Assembly: GCA_017654855.1 (NCBI GenBank)
Contig: CM030337.1
Location: forward strand, 2,976,001 to 3,040,000
Length of the DNA stretch: 64,000 bases
Source of the DNA: Podospora anserina
Lineage: Eukaryota
Direction of reading: 5' to 3'
Numbering within the stretch: the first letter of the stretch is position 1; every line of letters begins with the position of its first letter. The notes beneath the pieces were generated by a model. The model saw nothing but the letters and a program-made list of their open reading frames with translations, was not told the DNA's origin and ran no database searches. Below are positions 38,544 through 51,643 of this stretch, one piece after another. The position numbers were made by a program, and so were the translations under genes.

Positions 38544-40889
38544 TTATGTATGCCATTGCTCACTGACAGTCTCCAAATCCCAACTCTCCCAGTCCTCCCA
38601 CCACCCTCTCCCACCCTCCTTCCTACCAGGCCACAACTCCCTGAAATGAACCATCAATGAATTTTCCTCAGAAACCCTAACGTCCTCCCACCACCCTTTC
38701 CGCTCGTTTAAATGTTTTCCCCTTTTACAGGACTTTCTACGACTCAGCTCCTCGAGCTCTGCCATGTAAAGAGCCAATTGATCTGTAATAGGAACGCTCT
38801 GTGGATCCACCGGTTCCCTTTTTAAACCCTCAGCCCGCGCCCCAATCTCTTTGACCCTAACCTTCTCCCCACTATCATCACAAAGTAGAGTATCAAGTAA
38901 CCACTCTCTCGTTAGTCCGGTCAATAACGGTCTAATATAACCATCTGGGTCGCACCGGCCATACCCGGTCCCAGTTCCAGCGACATAGCCATTGGACTCT
39001 GGCTCGGGGTTATATGCGGATCGGAATCGGATCAAGGCCTTACTACGGACCATCATGGTGTCCAGCCGGGAAGAGGTGTGGCAGCTGGAAGATATCGCAT
39101 CAAAGATTTGACGGGCCAGCTTAGCGTCGACGGCCGAGTTGATAAAAAGGTCCAGGATCTCGCCGTTCAGAAACGGTGAGCAGCCATAAATAATGAAGGG
39201 CTGTTTGGGGAATGGTAGATGGCTGTAACTCTCGCGTGATTGTACTATCGGATCCCAGCTACCTAGTGGATCCCGGTAGACACCTGGTGCTCCTGAAAGG
39301 TGAGTTCGAGCGGGTGCAGCCGGATTAAGAATTTCAGATGGTAGCCTCTCCGCACTGGGCAAGAGTGCTTCGAGGGTCAGCGCCAGTCGCTTGAGCTTTG
39401 GGAAGCTCCTGCCAAGGGTCTGGTATAAACGGACCTCATGCTGGTCGCCCTTCGACCGTCGGATGGGCAGAGATAGCGTTTCAACCCCGGAGTACACATA
39501 TCCAAGAAACATGATCTCCAGTTCAGTCTGAACCGAGCTTGACATCCCGCCATACTCCTCTCCACATCCAAGGTCAAGACTTCGGACTGTCTGATAAGGG
39601 GTTATTTCCCCACACCAGTCCGAAAAGGAAGCCACAGACCAATCCCATCCCCGCACGCGCAGGCTCTCGAGATTTCGGAACCCTCTTACAAATTGTTTGA
39701 CCCTGTCGTATTCCTTCCACGAAGCCGTGAATATGAACTGTATGGACAGGTCGCGCAGTAGGGGAAGGCTCTGAGCCGAAAGCGCATCAATGACCGAATT
39801 GTGACTCATCTTTAACAGATGAAGAGCTCGCAGCATACTGAGATCAAGACTCGGATCCATTGCAAGAATCTGACTCACATATGCGCAATCCAAGTTCAAG
39901 GTTTTCAGACGAAGGGTGTTTTTCTTGGCTGCATTTCTCATAATGGCGAGAAGAATATTGTCAGAACGGGTGCCTTGGACGTGAGTATAGTTGCGCATCA
40001 CCCCAACCTCGTGTAGGTTGGGTGCAATTGGCCACCTATCCACCATTTCACCAAAGGCATGCAAGTTCTTTTGTTCCTCGCGATCCCGTGAATCCCCGCT
40101 TCTACTTGAAATCCACCGATACCAACTGGCAACAGTATCCACAAACCAAAGACTGTCAAGGCAAGGCGATTTAAGCAGGGCCATCTCATGGGGATCAGGG
40201 TCCGTCCAGGCGGTAATGGTGTCGTTCATCATGCGCAGTTTAAAGGCGCGAAGGTGAAGTCGAGGTGTGATCTGCGGCATCTTATCATGGAGAGCCTGGA
40301 GGAGACAGGGTGGAAATTGAACCGGGCACTTGTAGACGACCTCCCGCAGGCCGGGTAGTCGGTCGAATAACTGGGCCATGGGTTCCCATTCCTCGTCCAT
40401 ATCATAGGCTTCCCTCACGTCTGTGGAGTCGAATCCATTCGCACTGGCACGCTCGTGAAACTCGGAGTAATCGGGAATTCCATGCAATCTTGCGTTGTTG
40501 ATGTCCCACTGCAAGGAAGGCGCACGCCCGGCGTTCCAATGGTGGAAATGGAACATGTCGTTGTCCTTGTCCCTTTCAGTCAGGTCTGATCGATAATACC
40601 CATCCCTCATGTAAAACTCCTCATCGTAGGAGCCAACAATAACAACGGAGCGGACGTGCTGGAAAGCGTGATTCCGTTCAAGAACTCCCGTGCATTTCGC
40701 TACGTGTTTCTCCAGACGGTTTGGTGTTGTAATGTTGAACGTGATCTTTTGAAATAGCGACACTGACGCGATTGTGTGGTATTGCTTGTTGGCCAGTGCA
40801 AAGGAGACCAAGCTGGGTCTGTGATCCTCATGTAGAAGCTCGCAAATTTGAAGTACGACTTCGGTCGAGAGTCTGTGTATGCTAGCCAT
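38544..40889 (-). CDS. F-box-like/LRR-like family, paralogue 2 (intact, ~781 aa, intronless)
   Basis: Long open ORF. N-terminal LSTEVVLQICELL..SLVSFALANK; shares all family motifs; ends WWEDWESWDL. Confidence 0.82.
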   Translation of the reverse strand: MASIHRLSTEVVLQICELLHEDHRPSLVSFALANKQYHTIASVSLFQKITFNITTPNRLEKHVAKCTGVLERNHAFQHVRSVVIVGSYDEEFYMRDGYYRSDLTERDKDNDMFHFHHWNAGRAPSLQWDINNARLHGIPDYSEFHERASANGFDSTDVREAYDMDEEWEPMAQLFDRLPGLREVVYKCPVQFPPCLLQALHDKMPQITPRLHLRAFKLRMMNDTITAWTDPDPHEMALLKSPCLDSLWFVDTVASWYRWISSRSGDSRDREEQKNLHAFGEMVDRWPIAPNLHEVGVMRNYTHVQGTRSDNILLAIMRNAAKKNTLRLKTLNLDCAYVSQILAMDPSLDLSMLRALHLLKMSHNSVIDALSAQSLPLLRDLSIQFIFTASWKEYDRVKQFVRGFRNLESLRVRGWDWSVASFSDWCGEITPYQTVRSLDLGCGEEYGGMSSSVQTELEIMFLGYVYSGVETLSLPIRRSKGDQHEVRLYQTLGRSFPKLKRLALTLEALLPSAERLPSEILNPAAPARTHLSGAPGVYRDPLGSWDPIVQSRESYSHLPFPKQPFIIYGCSPFLNGEILDLFINSAVDAKLARQIFDAISSSCHTSSRLDTMMVRSKALIRFRSAYNPEPESNGYVAGTGTGYGRCDPDGYIRPLLTGLTREWLLDTLLCDDSGEKVRVKEIGARAEGLKREPVDPQSVPITDQLALYMAELEELSRRKSCKRGKHLNERKGWWEDVRVSEENSLMVHFRELWPGRKEGGRGWWEDWESWDLETVSEQWHT

Positions 40890-41042
40890 GGATGGCAAAA
40901 GGCGTAGGTGATTGTACCTAACAGATGAAGTCCGGGGACAACCAGAGCGGGGTGGTAGGTTACTTTATACGAGATAGGCATCAGCGGGGCGGACCCCTAA
41001 TTGCAAGCGCCTGGAGGCGCGGCAAGCGCGCGAGGAAGCGCT

Positions 41043-42308
41043 TCATGTGGGACACTGAAGGGTCTGGGTTTTCCCAGACCCACACCGGTTTTGCTCTTGG
41101 GGCTGGATTTTTCTTACTGTTTTCTTTTTAACCAACAACCAACAACGAAAGCTTAGGGTCTTCAGGGCTGGGAGGTGCAAAGATAATAATTTGTCGAGAG
41201 CACAGGGGGCCACAGGTGCCGTAAGCTCAAGCGTTTGAAGACCGCTCAGATCTACAAGCTGAGCCCAGCGCTGGATATGAAAGCCCATGATTCTGTGAGG
41301 GTCGATACGGCAGCTCAGCTCCAAGTGTTGGATGGCGACTTGCTGCTTCCTGGCGCCCCTTGGTCCTATATCTTCTGGAAGCCAGCCGGAGCGATAGGGG
41401 CAGGGTTGAAGGTATGTTGAGGGTATATGGTCAACATGGATATAATCCGAGCGGATCTCGCGTAAATTAGGTGCGAGGCCCTCTGTCGTGAGAATTTGGT
41501 CAAGTGCATCTAGCTGACGTCCTATCAAGGCGGTGTTGCTCTCCTGCTCCGGCGAAAGCCTGCCGTCGTAGTCTTCCAGCCAGATCGCATGAAGGCAAGG
41601 TGATGTGATAAGCGCCAGCTCGTGATAGTCGCGAGTGATCCCGTCAGCCGTGGACAAGTCGTGTTGATGCAGCATTTGCAGCCTGAAGGTGTGTAAATGT
41701 AACCGGAAGATATGGCTATGTCTCTTGCTATGGAGGGTTTGGAGTAAGCAGGGTGGAAACTGAACCGGGCACTTATAGATGACGTCGATCAGTGCTGGCA
41801 GTACCAGGATCAAGTCAGCCAGTGGCGCCCATTTGGCGTCCTCGTTGTACACGGCACAGGCCGTTCTCTTGTGCGCAAAGGCACCACAAGCAAAGTCAGT
41901 GTGGTCAGGTATTCCATGGAGCCTGCGGTGGTGAATACCCCAGTCGACAGAAAGTGCAGGGCCAAAGCGCCAACTACCGAGCCTGGAGAGCTCTACGTCC
42001 CCCTGGCTATCGTCGTTGTCGACATGTAATTTGAAGGTTTCATGGGAGCCCACTAACACAAGACGACGAACGTGTTGAAAGGTGTGGTGTCGCTGAAGAA
42101 GCGAGGTGCATTTTTGGATATCGACTCGAAGATTAGACAGAGTGGTGATGTTGAAGGTAAGTGTGCGGACCAAGACAAGACTGGCGATTGAGTAGCAGGC
42201 CTTGTTAGCCAAGGCAAAACATTGCAGGCTGGCCTCGTGGGTATCCCCGAGAAGCTGACAGATATCCAGCAGGAGTTCGAGTGGGAGCTCCGTCAGATTC
42301 AGGGCCAT
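41043..42308 (-). pseudogene. F-box-like/LRR-like family, paralogue 3 (3'-truncated)
   Basis: MALNLTELPLELLLDICQLL..RLHGIPDHTDF..CPVQFPPCLL..SPCL. Homology stops at ~41140, so the C-terminal half is missing. Confidence 0.75.
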
Positions 42309-42675
42309 CTTTGCGAGGTTTGACGTCGCTTGAGTAGGTAGGTAGACGACACGTTGAGATAAAGCTGGGGAGCACCGATACTTGATATTTGTAGGTAGCT
42401 AGTCAATCAGATAGGGAAGGTGTCCCAGCTGCATTCCGCTGGTCAGGTGGCATCCAACGGAATGCTCAAGGTGTGCCCCCGTCCAAAGTTCCATCCGCCG
42501 AACCCTGCAGAAGGTGGTGTCAGAATAGTCAAGGGTCGCCCATCCTGAAAACGTAGTACTCAATAAAGAGACGCCAGTAGCGCCCGACACTTGTCCCGTC
42601 ATGTCTGCAAAATTGAAGTTTACTCTTAGTCTGGCCATTCATTTTGAATTTGATGGTACAAATAGAAGGAAAGCC

Positions 42676-43612
42676 CTACTGAAACAAGATTGAGCCTCGA
42701 GCACTGGCTATCGCTCGGTCTTTGTCTGGGCCGCTGAACTCGTAATGTGGAACGTAGTTGGCGTCAAGGGTATACACTGCTCCGTAATTGAGCGGAACGT
42801 AGGCCACCACCTCAACCCTGACGTAAGCACCGAGTGTTTGCACAATGGTGTCCCTCAGCTCAATGATCCTGTCTTTGTACATCCACTGGCCTTCCCCCCA
42901 GTCATTGCCACTCCAGTCGTATTTAAATGGCGTGTAGATAAAAGCGCGAGTGTTGTCAGTTGGCTGGTTGTACAGCTCATGTATCACCGGGGGTCCGTAA
43001 CCAGAGTGTTTCCGCCCGTTAATCCAGTAAAGCACATTTGCTCTGGTATCACTCGTTAGTAGTGGGTCCCCAGCAACTCCCCGTCTTCAAAAACACGGAC
43101 TAGGATACCTACTCAAACAATCCATGATCCTTGATCCCTATCGCTGTCGTCTGCCTAAAAGGAGCCATCCACACAGCCTTGTTACTTACAATGCCCGCGA
43201 CAGTACAGCCATGTACCAGATTAGTTCCTATTTGGAAGGCCTTGCCCTCGACATCGGACATCAATCTCTGCTTAGCAACCGTTTGCTCCGGACCCTGCTC
43301 GGCAATAAGCATGTGGTAATCGTTGGGATCGACAAACTGCTGGTCACCGCCGATTCGGCTGTAGCCCAGATTTGAAGTCATGTATCTGTCAAGGTCCTGC
43401 ACTGTCCAAAGCAAATGGTCCTGGTGGAAAACCCGCTTGCGAAGACTGGTTGTCGTATTCTCTTCAGTATGGGCGTCGATCGGTGGGGAGCGTAGGTCGC
43501 GGCGGTCGAGACCACATGAACCTGCACCGCAAGTTGCCCACGTGCAGAGATATAAGCAATCAAGGCCCATCGGGGTCCCTTCTTCCATGACGCTGGCATC
43601 CTGACGGGCCAA
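42676..43612 (-). pseudogene. Cys-His (CNF1/CheD-like motif) domain gene remnant, copy A
   Basis: Cys-rich stretch, LRKR site, FQIGTNLVHGCTVAGIVSNKAVWMAPF, TRAFIYTP and ARGSILFQ. Clearly paralogous to 49300-50600. No start or signal peptide seen. Confidence 0.6.
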
Positions 43613-44781
43613 GGTAAGTGTCTTGCTGTGGTTGGTGACATGTCCATTGTCTTCCTGTCTGTGCCAATTGGTTTTAGCAACTCTTCAAGATGACAGGGCG
43701 TGGGACTGATTGACGAGTGCTCACAATGCTGGCTGATTGATGTCTCTAAGACGCGGATGAACGAGAGCCCAAGAGATTGAACTGAGCTGGAGCAGCAACG
43801 CTATAGCATTCGTCTTCCAGCGCCGGAGAGGGGTAGGCAGGGTGGCCATCGTGACGCTCAGAGAGACAGAGACTGGCAGATGTTGCGGTTGAGAGGGAGG
43901 GGGTGTGATGCCGGTGTCAAAACAAGAAGGTATAGCTACCTTGAAGTAGGATGAATATCTTGAGAGGGTTCGAATCTCCTCCGGTTGGAACCCGAACATC
44001 CCAACAGCGAATGCACAGATTGGACCCAGCCTTCCCGGTTTCTCGCCGGAACCATGTCCAAGTCTCTATCTTAAGCCGTGAGTGCCCACGCTTCATGAGC
44101 CAGAGTGACCGTGACGAAAGTTCCATCGCCGAAATGACTCCATCCTATCGAACTTCACCGCCACCAACATGCAAGTGAACCGGACATCGTGACAGACAGC
44201 CTACTATCACCATGCAATGGCGGAGCAAAGACGAAGTCTGGACCACCACGGCTCGCCGGTGACAGTGGACTCAATGCAATTGTGAAATAGTAGTCACGGC
44301 GAACTCTCGGTGATGTTGGTTCCTCAAATGGCAGGTATAGCAAGACCATACCTTTTGCACGGTGCACATTGTCAACACCAAGGACAGGGTTATGGGTATA
44401 CCTGCGTCGAGACCTAGCCCCACAAGAGTACGAATTGACAAAATGCACGGTACCGGAAGTATGTCCCTGGCTTGAACGAGGCCACTTTCAAGCGTCAAAA
44501 CGCGGACGCCTCGGCTTCGTATTTCTCGATGGAACGTGGCAAGGTAACAATCGCATGATGGGTCGATGGCGAGAAAACTGTCCATCACCAACAATGATGG
44601 AACGCTGGATCCTTTGCACCGCCCAGGCACCACCGTCGACTCCACCGGCATCGCTCCATGACCTCCGACATCAACACATGTGTCTGTCAAGACATTCTCT
44701 TAAGAAGCCTGACGATGACAAGTAACCGACAGCCTCAATCTCCTCATCATCGCCCACCTGACATTGAGAGGCACCGACACC

Positions 44782-47700
44782 ATGCGCATACCGTCTCTCA
44801 TGTTGCCATTGGCACTGACGGTGCTTGCCAAAGCAGTTTTTGCTCATTTCATGGTGAGTATCGCTTGGCCCAATGCCGTTCATGATCTGGAACTGACGCA
44901 TCACCATCAAGGTCTCCAATGCCGACAACTACACCGTACAGGACTGGGAATACGACATCCAGCTGGCTAAAGATGCCCACATCGACGCCTTTGCCTTGAA
45001 CATGGCGTACAACGAAGGCACAGACTCCGTGTCCATTGCGAGGGCATTTGATGCAGCAGAGAACAAGGACTTCAAACTCTTCTTTTGATTTGACTACGCC
45101 GGAAGGGTTCCTTGGCCTCGAGTGGCGGTCATGAGTACCCTTCAGGCCTACAAAGAATGGTCAGCCCACTACCGCTACAACGGTCAGCCATTTGCCTCAA
45201 CATTCGAAGGTCCTGAACGGGCTAAAGACTGGATTGATATCAAGGAGGTGACCGGGTGCTTCTTTGTCCCCGACTGGTCCTCTGTGGGCGCCAAAGCAGC
45301 CATGTCGCTCGCCGGAGGCGTAGCTGACGGCCTTTTCAGCTGGGCTGCTTGGCCTTGGGGTCCCCAAAACATGGACACGTATGTGGATGCCTCCTATTTG
45401 CAGTACCTCAACGGCAAGCCCTATATGATGCCCGTTTCGCCTTGGTTTTATACCAATCTCCCCCAGTGGAAGAAGAACTGGATGTGGCGCGGAGACAATC
45501 TCTGGTTTGACCGATGGCAAGAGGTTATGTATGTCCAGCCAGAATGGGTACAAATCATCAGTTGGAATGACTACGGTAAGTCGCTCTCATTGTCAGGCAG
45601 AACCTGGCCAGTAACCCTGGTTGAAGACGGTAGAAAGGGGCTAACACGACTTTCGACAGGTGAATCGCATTATATTGCACCAATTCGCAAGAACGCGCTG
45701 GCCGCCATGAGAAGCGTTCCTTTTGACTATGTGAGCAACATGCCCCACGATGGATGGCGGGCATTTCTGCCACATGTCAGCGACATGTATAGGTACAACA
45801 TCACGTTATTCGACAAGGAGGGGGTTACATTTTGGTACCGGCCTCATCCTCGGGCGGCATGTGGTATGTTCTGATTCATCTACGTCCGATTCTGTATACA
45901 CATTCATGACGACCTTTTGCTAACACCCGCGATAGGGAGTGGAGGAACCACTGGAAACACCGCGTCGCAACTGGAGCTTGAATTCCCTGCCGCTGAGGTG
46001 GCCGCGGACGCTGTTTTCTACACGGCACAGCTGGCCTCCAAAGGCGCAACTGTCACCGTCAGCATCGGAGGTGTGTCGAGTGTTGAAACTTAAAGCGACA
46101 TACCAGACGGCGAATCTGATCTTTACCACGGAAACGCCAGTTTCAACGGCCGCACTGGTCCCGTTCAAATCACGCTTTCCGGGAAGGTAAGACACTTGCC
46201 AGCGGTTCGGGCACGCCTATCTCGTCCTCTTGCAGCCAGCCTCGTCAATTGGAACGCTTGGGTTGGCAACGCCATGTCGTCCGAGACCACCATCGCCATC
46301 CCCTGGCTGCAGAAGGATAAGGTCTGTATCCGCGGAACAGGTGCCAATGACTTTGCGGAGCTGTGCGCATTCTCCTGTTCTTACGGCTACTGTCCCATCG
46401 GGGCATGTGTGTGCCTCGCCATGGGTACTGAAAGAAAAAAAACCCCTATACGGGCGTCGTCGCATTCCCGGTCGCCGGTAGGAGTGCCGACTACGCAGGT
46501 CTCTGTTCATTCAATTGCAATCTAGGCAAGATTGGAGACAAGGGTTGCCCATCAAACATTTGTGGTACTTCAGAAGCGCCACTGGCCATCCCGACTGTGT
46601 CTCCTTTTCTACCATTTACTTGCACGGGGGGTCGAGGATCAGCAGGCTGGGAGGGTCTCTGTTCCTACGCGTGCAACTTTGGCTTCTGTCCTACCAATAT
46701 CTGTACCTGTACCCAGACTGGCGCCCTGAACGTGCCTTCCCCCAAGATCAGGGACACAGTAGGCAGTTCCCTACACCCCAACGTCAACGACTGGAGTCTC
46801 TGTGACTTTGCCTGTCCCAGGGGCTACTGTCCCGAAGGGTCATGCAACCAAAGGCCAGCGTCAGGAGGGGGACCGGCAGCACCGATTGCACCCGACATCT
46901 AGACCAACCCAGATCCCACCCCCTTGGTTGGTTGCTCGCCTCCTTGCAACCTAATACTGCCACCATACACGCTCCGCACGCCCACCACCATCACTTGCCA
47001 GCCGCTCACCACCACTTTCGTGGGCAGGTGGGCCTCCAATTCGGCGCCCGTCACGATGGTCACCACCATCACCTTCCCAGCCATCACTACGACAAGAATT
47101 CCTGTTTTCAACATCAACATCACTCAGGCCGCCGTGGACAAAGTCGTGTTCACTGTCACGCCCTCGATATTCTGCATTGAGCCCATCACAGTTGGTCCAC
47201 CGCCAGGGATAACAGTGCCAACCTGGAGCTCGTCCTTGATTACCTACTCAATTACATCGACCCCGACGCCATCAACAATTCCCTGGCCGCCCATAACTAC
47301 CACCCACAAGACCAAAGTTAGCTTCACAAGCACCAGCTCGGTGATGCCAACATGCCAAAGCGGCTGCGGCGATGAGTGTACACGCAACTGCAATGACTGT
47401 GGCGTTGGCGAATGTTCCTGCATGGATTGTTGCAAGAATTGCGGTCGTGACAATCATGACGGTGGTGGTAGCATCGGTGGCGGCGAACTTGGATGCATCG
47501 GTTGGAAATGTGCCCCCAATAGCGTACCTCCGCCCGGGCCGCCGCCTCCGCGGGAGGCAACGGCGGCGGCGAAGGCGGAGGCGGTGACGACAACCCGTCT
47601 TGCACCTCCCGAAGCGCCGTTGTCCATACAACAGTCCACTGCAGACTCTATTCGACCTCCACCAAGCTCACCATGGAGACCGCCTGCACATCCACCGAAT

Positions 47701-48493
47701 CCTCTACTACCTCTGGCTGCATGAAGCCCGCAAGAATGACAACATACACATCTTCCAACTGCCCCCGAAGGGCAGCTTATACGCCGCCGTGGTCTGATTA
47801 CACAGGGGCGCTGCCGACTCCCGGTGGGCCTGGATGGAATGTGTACACGTGGGTTACGGGGAAGACCTCGACCAAACCGACGGCTCCTACCCCTACCTCC
47901 AACCCAAATACCAAGCCCCTGACGAGAGGTCCAATCAACTGCTTCAAGGAAAGTGACTTTCCAGGCCACGCAGATCTTCAGCCCGGTGATCAGGATCGGT
48001 TCTCGGTTGACTTTAGTAGTCTACGGAACGGGATGGGTGACGATGACACCATCGGGCCCGGGGATGCCCCGATTACGCTTCGCAAAACGGGATAGCAAAG
48101 GGGTGAACTATGACTTTCGTGTTGAGTGGGTGGCCGGGTGTGTTACTACTGTGAAGAGGCAGAGCTTTGGTTTCCCGCTGGGGATGTCGCAGAGTTTGAT
48201 CACTGCTTATTTGTTGGTGAGAGAGAATTATACCAAGTGTGAGTGAATAATCATCTTTGCATTGCTGAGTCTCAATACACTAACAATTGTGGTTCTTGTG
48301 CTCAGGTAACAACGGTGGTGCGGGCGGTACATGTCAAGCAGGGTGTCTGTTGTATACCTTTGCGGGTGCAAGAGGTGGATCGCCAGGTTTCCGACTGGCA
48401 GCCGAGCCGTTAGCAAGTGTGGCTGGCAATCAGAGCCACTACGTGGTAGGAGAGAATGGCGGGATTGTGATTGATGATCCGAATAAATCTTGA
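44782..48493 (+). pseudogene. GH71 alpha-1,3-glucanase (mutanase) multidomain gene, pseudogenised
   Basis: Signal peptide, KAVFAHFM|VSN..HIDAFALN, STFEG, PDWSS, ISWNDYG|ESHY. Cys repeats LCxFxCxYGYCP, linker CSPPCNLILPP..PTTI, C-terminal CNNGGAGG..QAGCLLYTF. Stops at ~45086, ~46092 and ~46900 plus frameshifts. Confidence 0.88.
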
Positions 48494-49299
48494 TCGGGAT
48501 GGGCTCAATGCTAAATGAGGAGGACACGTTTGTTTGGAAAAGCGCTTTCTTCATGCCAGTGTAGATGAGTCACGCCAGGAAAGTTTGGTTGATTTGTTGT
48601 ATTGGTAACTTCATAGACCTGTAAAGTATAACTTATCTGTCCACTGCTCTTAACCTTGCTGTAGCGGCGATCCATCCAGGGTACTCCCATGCCGGGCCTG
48701 CGACAGACGCCTTTGACACAACGCAGCACTTAAAGAGATGTTGACAGTGACCACGGCTGCAGCTATAAACGATAGGCGATGGTGTGCGACATATATCTAT
48801 TAATGAGGGCAGCTCTATATACTATGGGAATCGAGAAGAATATGATCTTGCCACAGTACCTACCTTAGTACACTCAACCAGAGTCGACGCTGGCGCGATA
48901 TATCTGTTGATTTGCCACCAAGACAAGGTTGACGTCAATGGAGCATCCAACTCTCTTTTCCAGTGCCAGCTGGAAGCTGAGTGCTTGTGGGAAGTGTTGC
49001 TCAGCAGTGGGCAGTCAGGTTGCTCCGAGGGCACAGTTTGTGGGATAGATAGGTTCTCTTTTGCTCTGTTGGAGTTTTCCTGGTTCTGATCAATATCATC
49101 ACGTTTCTCAGTTCTGTTATGAGTCCGACTACTGCGCTGGTTCTGCTCCACCTTCGAGGGGCTGCTGTCAGCAGCATCGTCTTATCAGGCTCTCTCCACT
49201 GCCCAAACGCCAAAGTTCAGGGTGGAGCAACTTAAGATGTGAATTGAAGGCACTTTGACTTTGGTGAAACAAACTCACCTTGACCAGGCAGCAGAATGT

Positions 49300-50600
49300 G
49301 TCGAATCTCACCGTGTATCTACTTTAAGGCCGCCAGAATGAATGCGACTTGACCGGCGTCTTCTTGACTATCCGCCCTAACTGTCGTCCACTGTACTCGA
49401 AAGCCGCATGTCGTGGAAATTTTTATCCCTTCAAATACGTTTGCCCCGTAACGACATGTACAATATGCAGCTGGACACCGACTTGACTGTTGGTAACGAC
49501 ATGTCGTTCAGCCTTCAAGTTCCTCGCTATTACAGCACTCAGAGCTTTTCTCACGAAAGCCGCCTCTTCTGGAATTACCAGAATTGGCCCTCGTGGTCCC
49601 AGCAACAGTTGGGTAGATACCTTTCACACAACGTTAATTACGACCACAGCTACGCCGATCAACGGTTCCCAGCCAGTCGTGTGCACCGACTGATAAACGA
49701 CACACATCTGGACGAGAGAACGGTGGCAAAGCAGTCGAGGATGGGAAAAGGAATCGGATCGTTCCAAATAGGCACCAATCACATTCACGGCTGCACCGTT
49801 ATTACCATCATCAGCAACAGAGCTGTTTGGATGGCTCATTTTTGGGAGGCGGACTTGGGGGAAGAGGACTGGGAGATTTTATTCCAAAACATGCCCTTCT
49901 TCATTGAAGAGTTTCGGCAAGTATTTTTCTTCGTTCCATTTACCACCTCTTTGTTCCCCTGTTTCTCATATCGCCGGCCGCTCAACGACACTCCAGGTGT
50001 GGGCATCGAACGCCGCTAACTCTCTGCGTTAGACACAAAATTCTCTGGCCCATCACTGGCGGTGGTCCAGTCGGCCCCGACGTCGAGGTTCTCGACCCCA
50101 ACCTCTTCAACAGGCCTGACGACCAAACCCGGGTCTTCATTTACACCCCAATAAACCTGCGCTGGAATCCCGATACGAAGCCAACTCGAAACGACTTGCA
50201 GTTCAAGTACAGAATTGAAGAAGTTACGAACGCAATCCTGACAAGGATTCCAGGCGCCCAGGCAACGATTTGCGGCTACATCTTCTTGGTGTATGAAATG
50301 ACGTACAATTACTAACCCACACTGTTTCCCACAGGGGAGGTGAGACATGAGTTCCAAGCCCACGGTCCAGACGCAGCCATGGCTGGAGAAACTGCCCGGG
50401 GATCCATCATGTTTCAGTAAGTCCAAACTATATCTACCCAGATCCTCCCCTTGGGCCTTCGAGAGAGCTAACAATTCGACTTTTCCTCCTACGCAGATAT
50501 GATGGCACACATACTGGGCGAAATTGGCGTTTATTCATCGAGCACCGGATGTATAGAAAGGGAGATTCTCAGGGACTCAACCACTACGAGTGTGAGATGG
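49300..50600 (+). pseudogene. Cys-His (CNF1/CheD-like motif) domain gene remnant, copy B
   Basis: FQIGTNHIHGCTVITIISNRAVWMAHFWE; TRVFIYTP; ARGSIMFQ|YDG..WRLFIE. In-frame TAA near 50315. 5' part fragmented. Confidence 0.65.
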
Positions 50601-50930
50601 CAGCCATCAATGGAGGTGCGCTCTGGATACCGGTTGAGGATGTCAACTCAAATCGAAGAAGCATGCCAAAGTTCCAGGGGCCAGACCTCAGCATACCTGC
50701 TTCTTCGGTCCCACAACCAGGTACCTGAACCTCATGCCGCTTCTATTCATACCGGCAACCTCCTCGGGGCAATCTCACCGGTCCCATCGCTGGCTTTTGA
50801 GATACGGCTCTGGCACAATTCTGCACAGAAAAAGAAATTGCCGACAACAATCGCGCACCCACACACAGTGACGATCGCAGGCTATCTTCAGTCAGGACTT
50901 CGTCATACATTACCCCCTGGAATCAAAATC

Positions 50931-51643
50931 TCAACTCACGATCGTTGTAAACTCCGCCAGGGAAGCATCAAAAACCGACGTCAACAAATGTATCGTGTAC
51001 CCAACCAAGAATAAAACCCAAGAATAGCTCATGAGCATAGTCGGGCACTGCCAAAACCAGACCATCCTGCGACTGATCCCCCGATGGAACATCTTATCCC
51101 CTGGCCCTGGCGGGGCAGGAGGTTGCAGGAATAAACAGAGGCATATCGCCAGGTCGGCATCGCTGAGCTCGTCACTCGAGTTCTCGGGAAGACGACGAAG
51201 AAGCCGTTGGTGCGCCGAGCTGATCAGTGCAAAGAAGGAGAGGAATAAACTCCAGTTCCAGAGCATCTTGGCCACCCAGATTGTTCTTTCTGTCGAGGGC
51301 CAGGAGAAGACGCCTATGACTGCTGCTCCGGAGAGCGTTGCCTAGGGAGACCATGTCAGCGCCGTACGATTCCATGGCTTTTGGGTGTGAGGCACTGACT
51401 GCTCCTTGTACAAATCTCAACTCCTCTGATTTAGTCTTACGGAAACGAACCAGTGCTGCGATGACTCCATCCTTGTGCTCGCGAAGGGTTTTGGTTGCGC
51501 TGGATGCAATGCATTGGCTGGACGGTGTGATAGCGCAAAACTCCGGAATAGCTGAAGGCAAAGATCCGGAAGAAGATGCTTCTGGGGACTGCGTTACAGT
51601 TATCTGGTGGACCTGAGTCCCGGGTGTTAGGTGATCTATCCAT
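50931..51643 (-). pseudogene. Small multi-pass membrane protein, probable frameshift
   Basis: KSEELRFVQGA|ATLSGAAVIGVFSW..WQCPTMLMSYSWVLFLVG. The frame changes near 51490. The 3' end is uncertain (gtgagt donor at ~50938). Confidence 0.5.

Noticed and set aside
43700..44700. Overlapping short ORFs between the Cys-His gene and GH71
   Set aside because: No recognisable motifs, consistent frame or splice structure.
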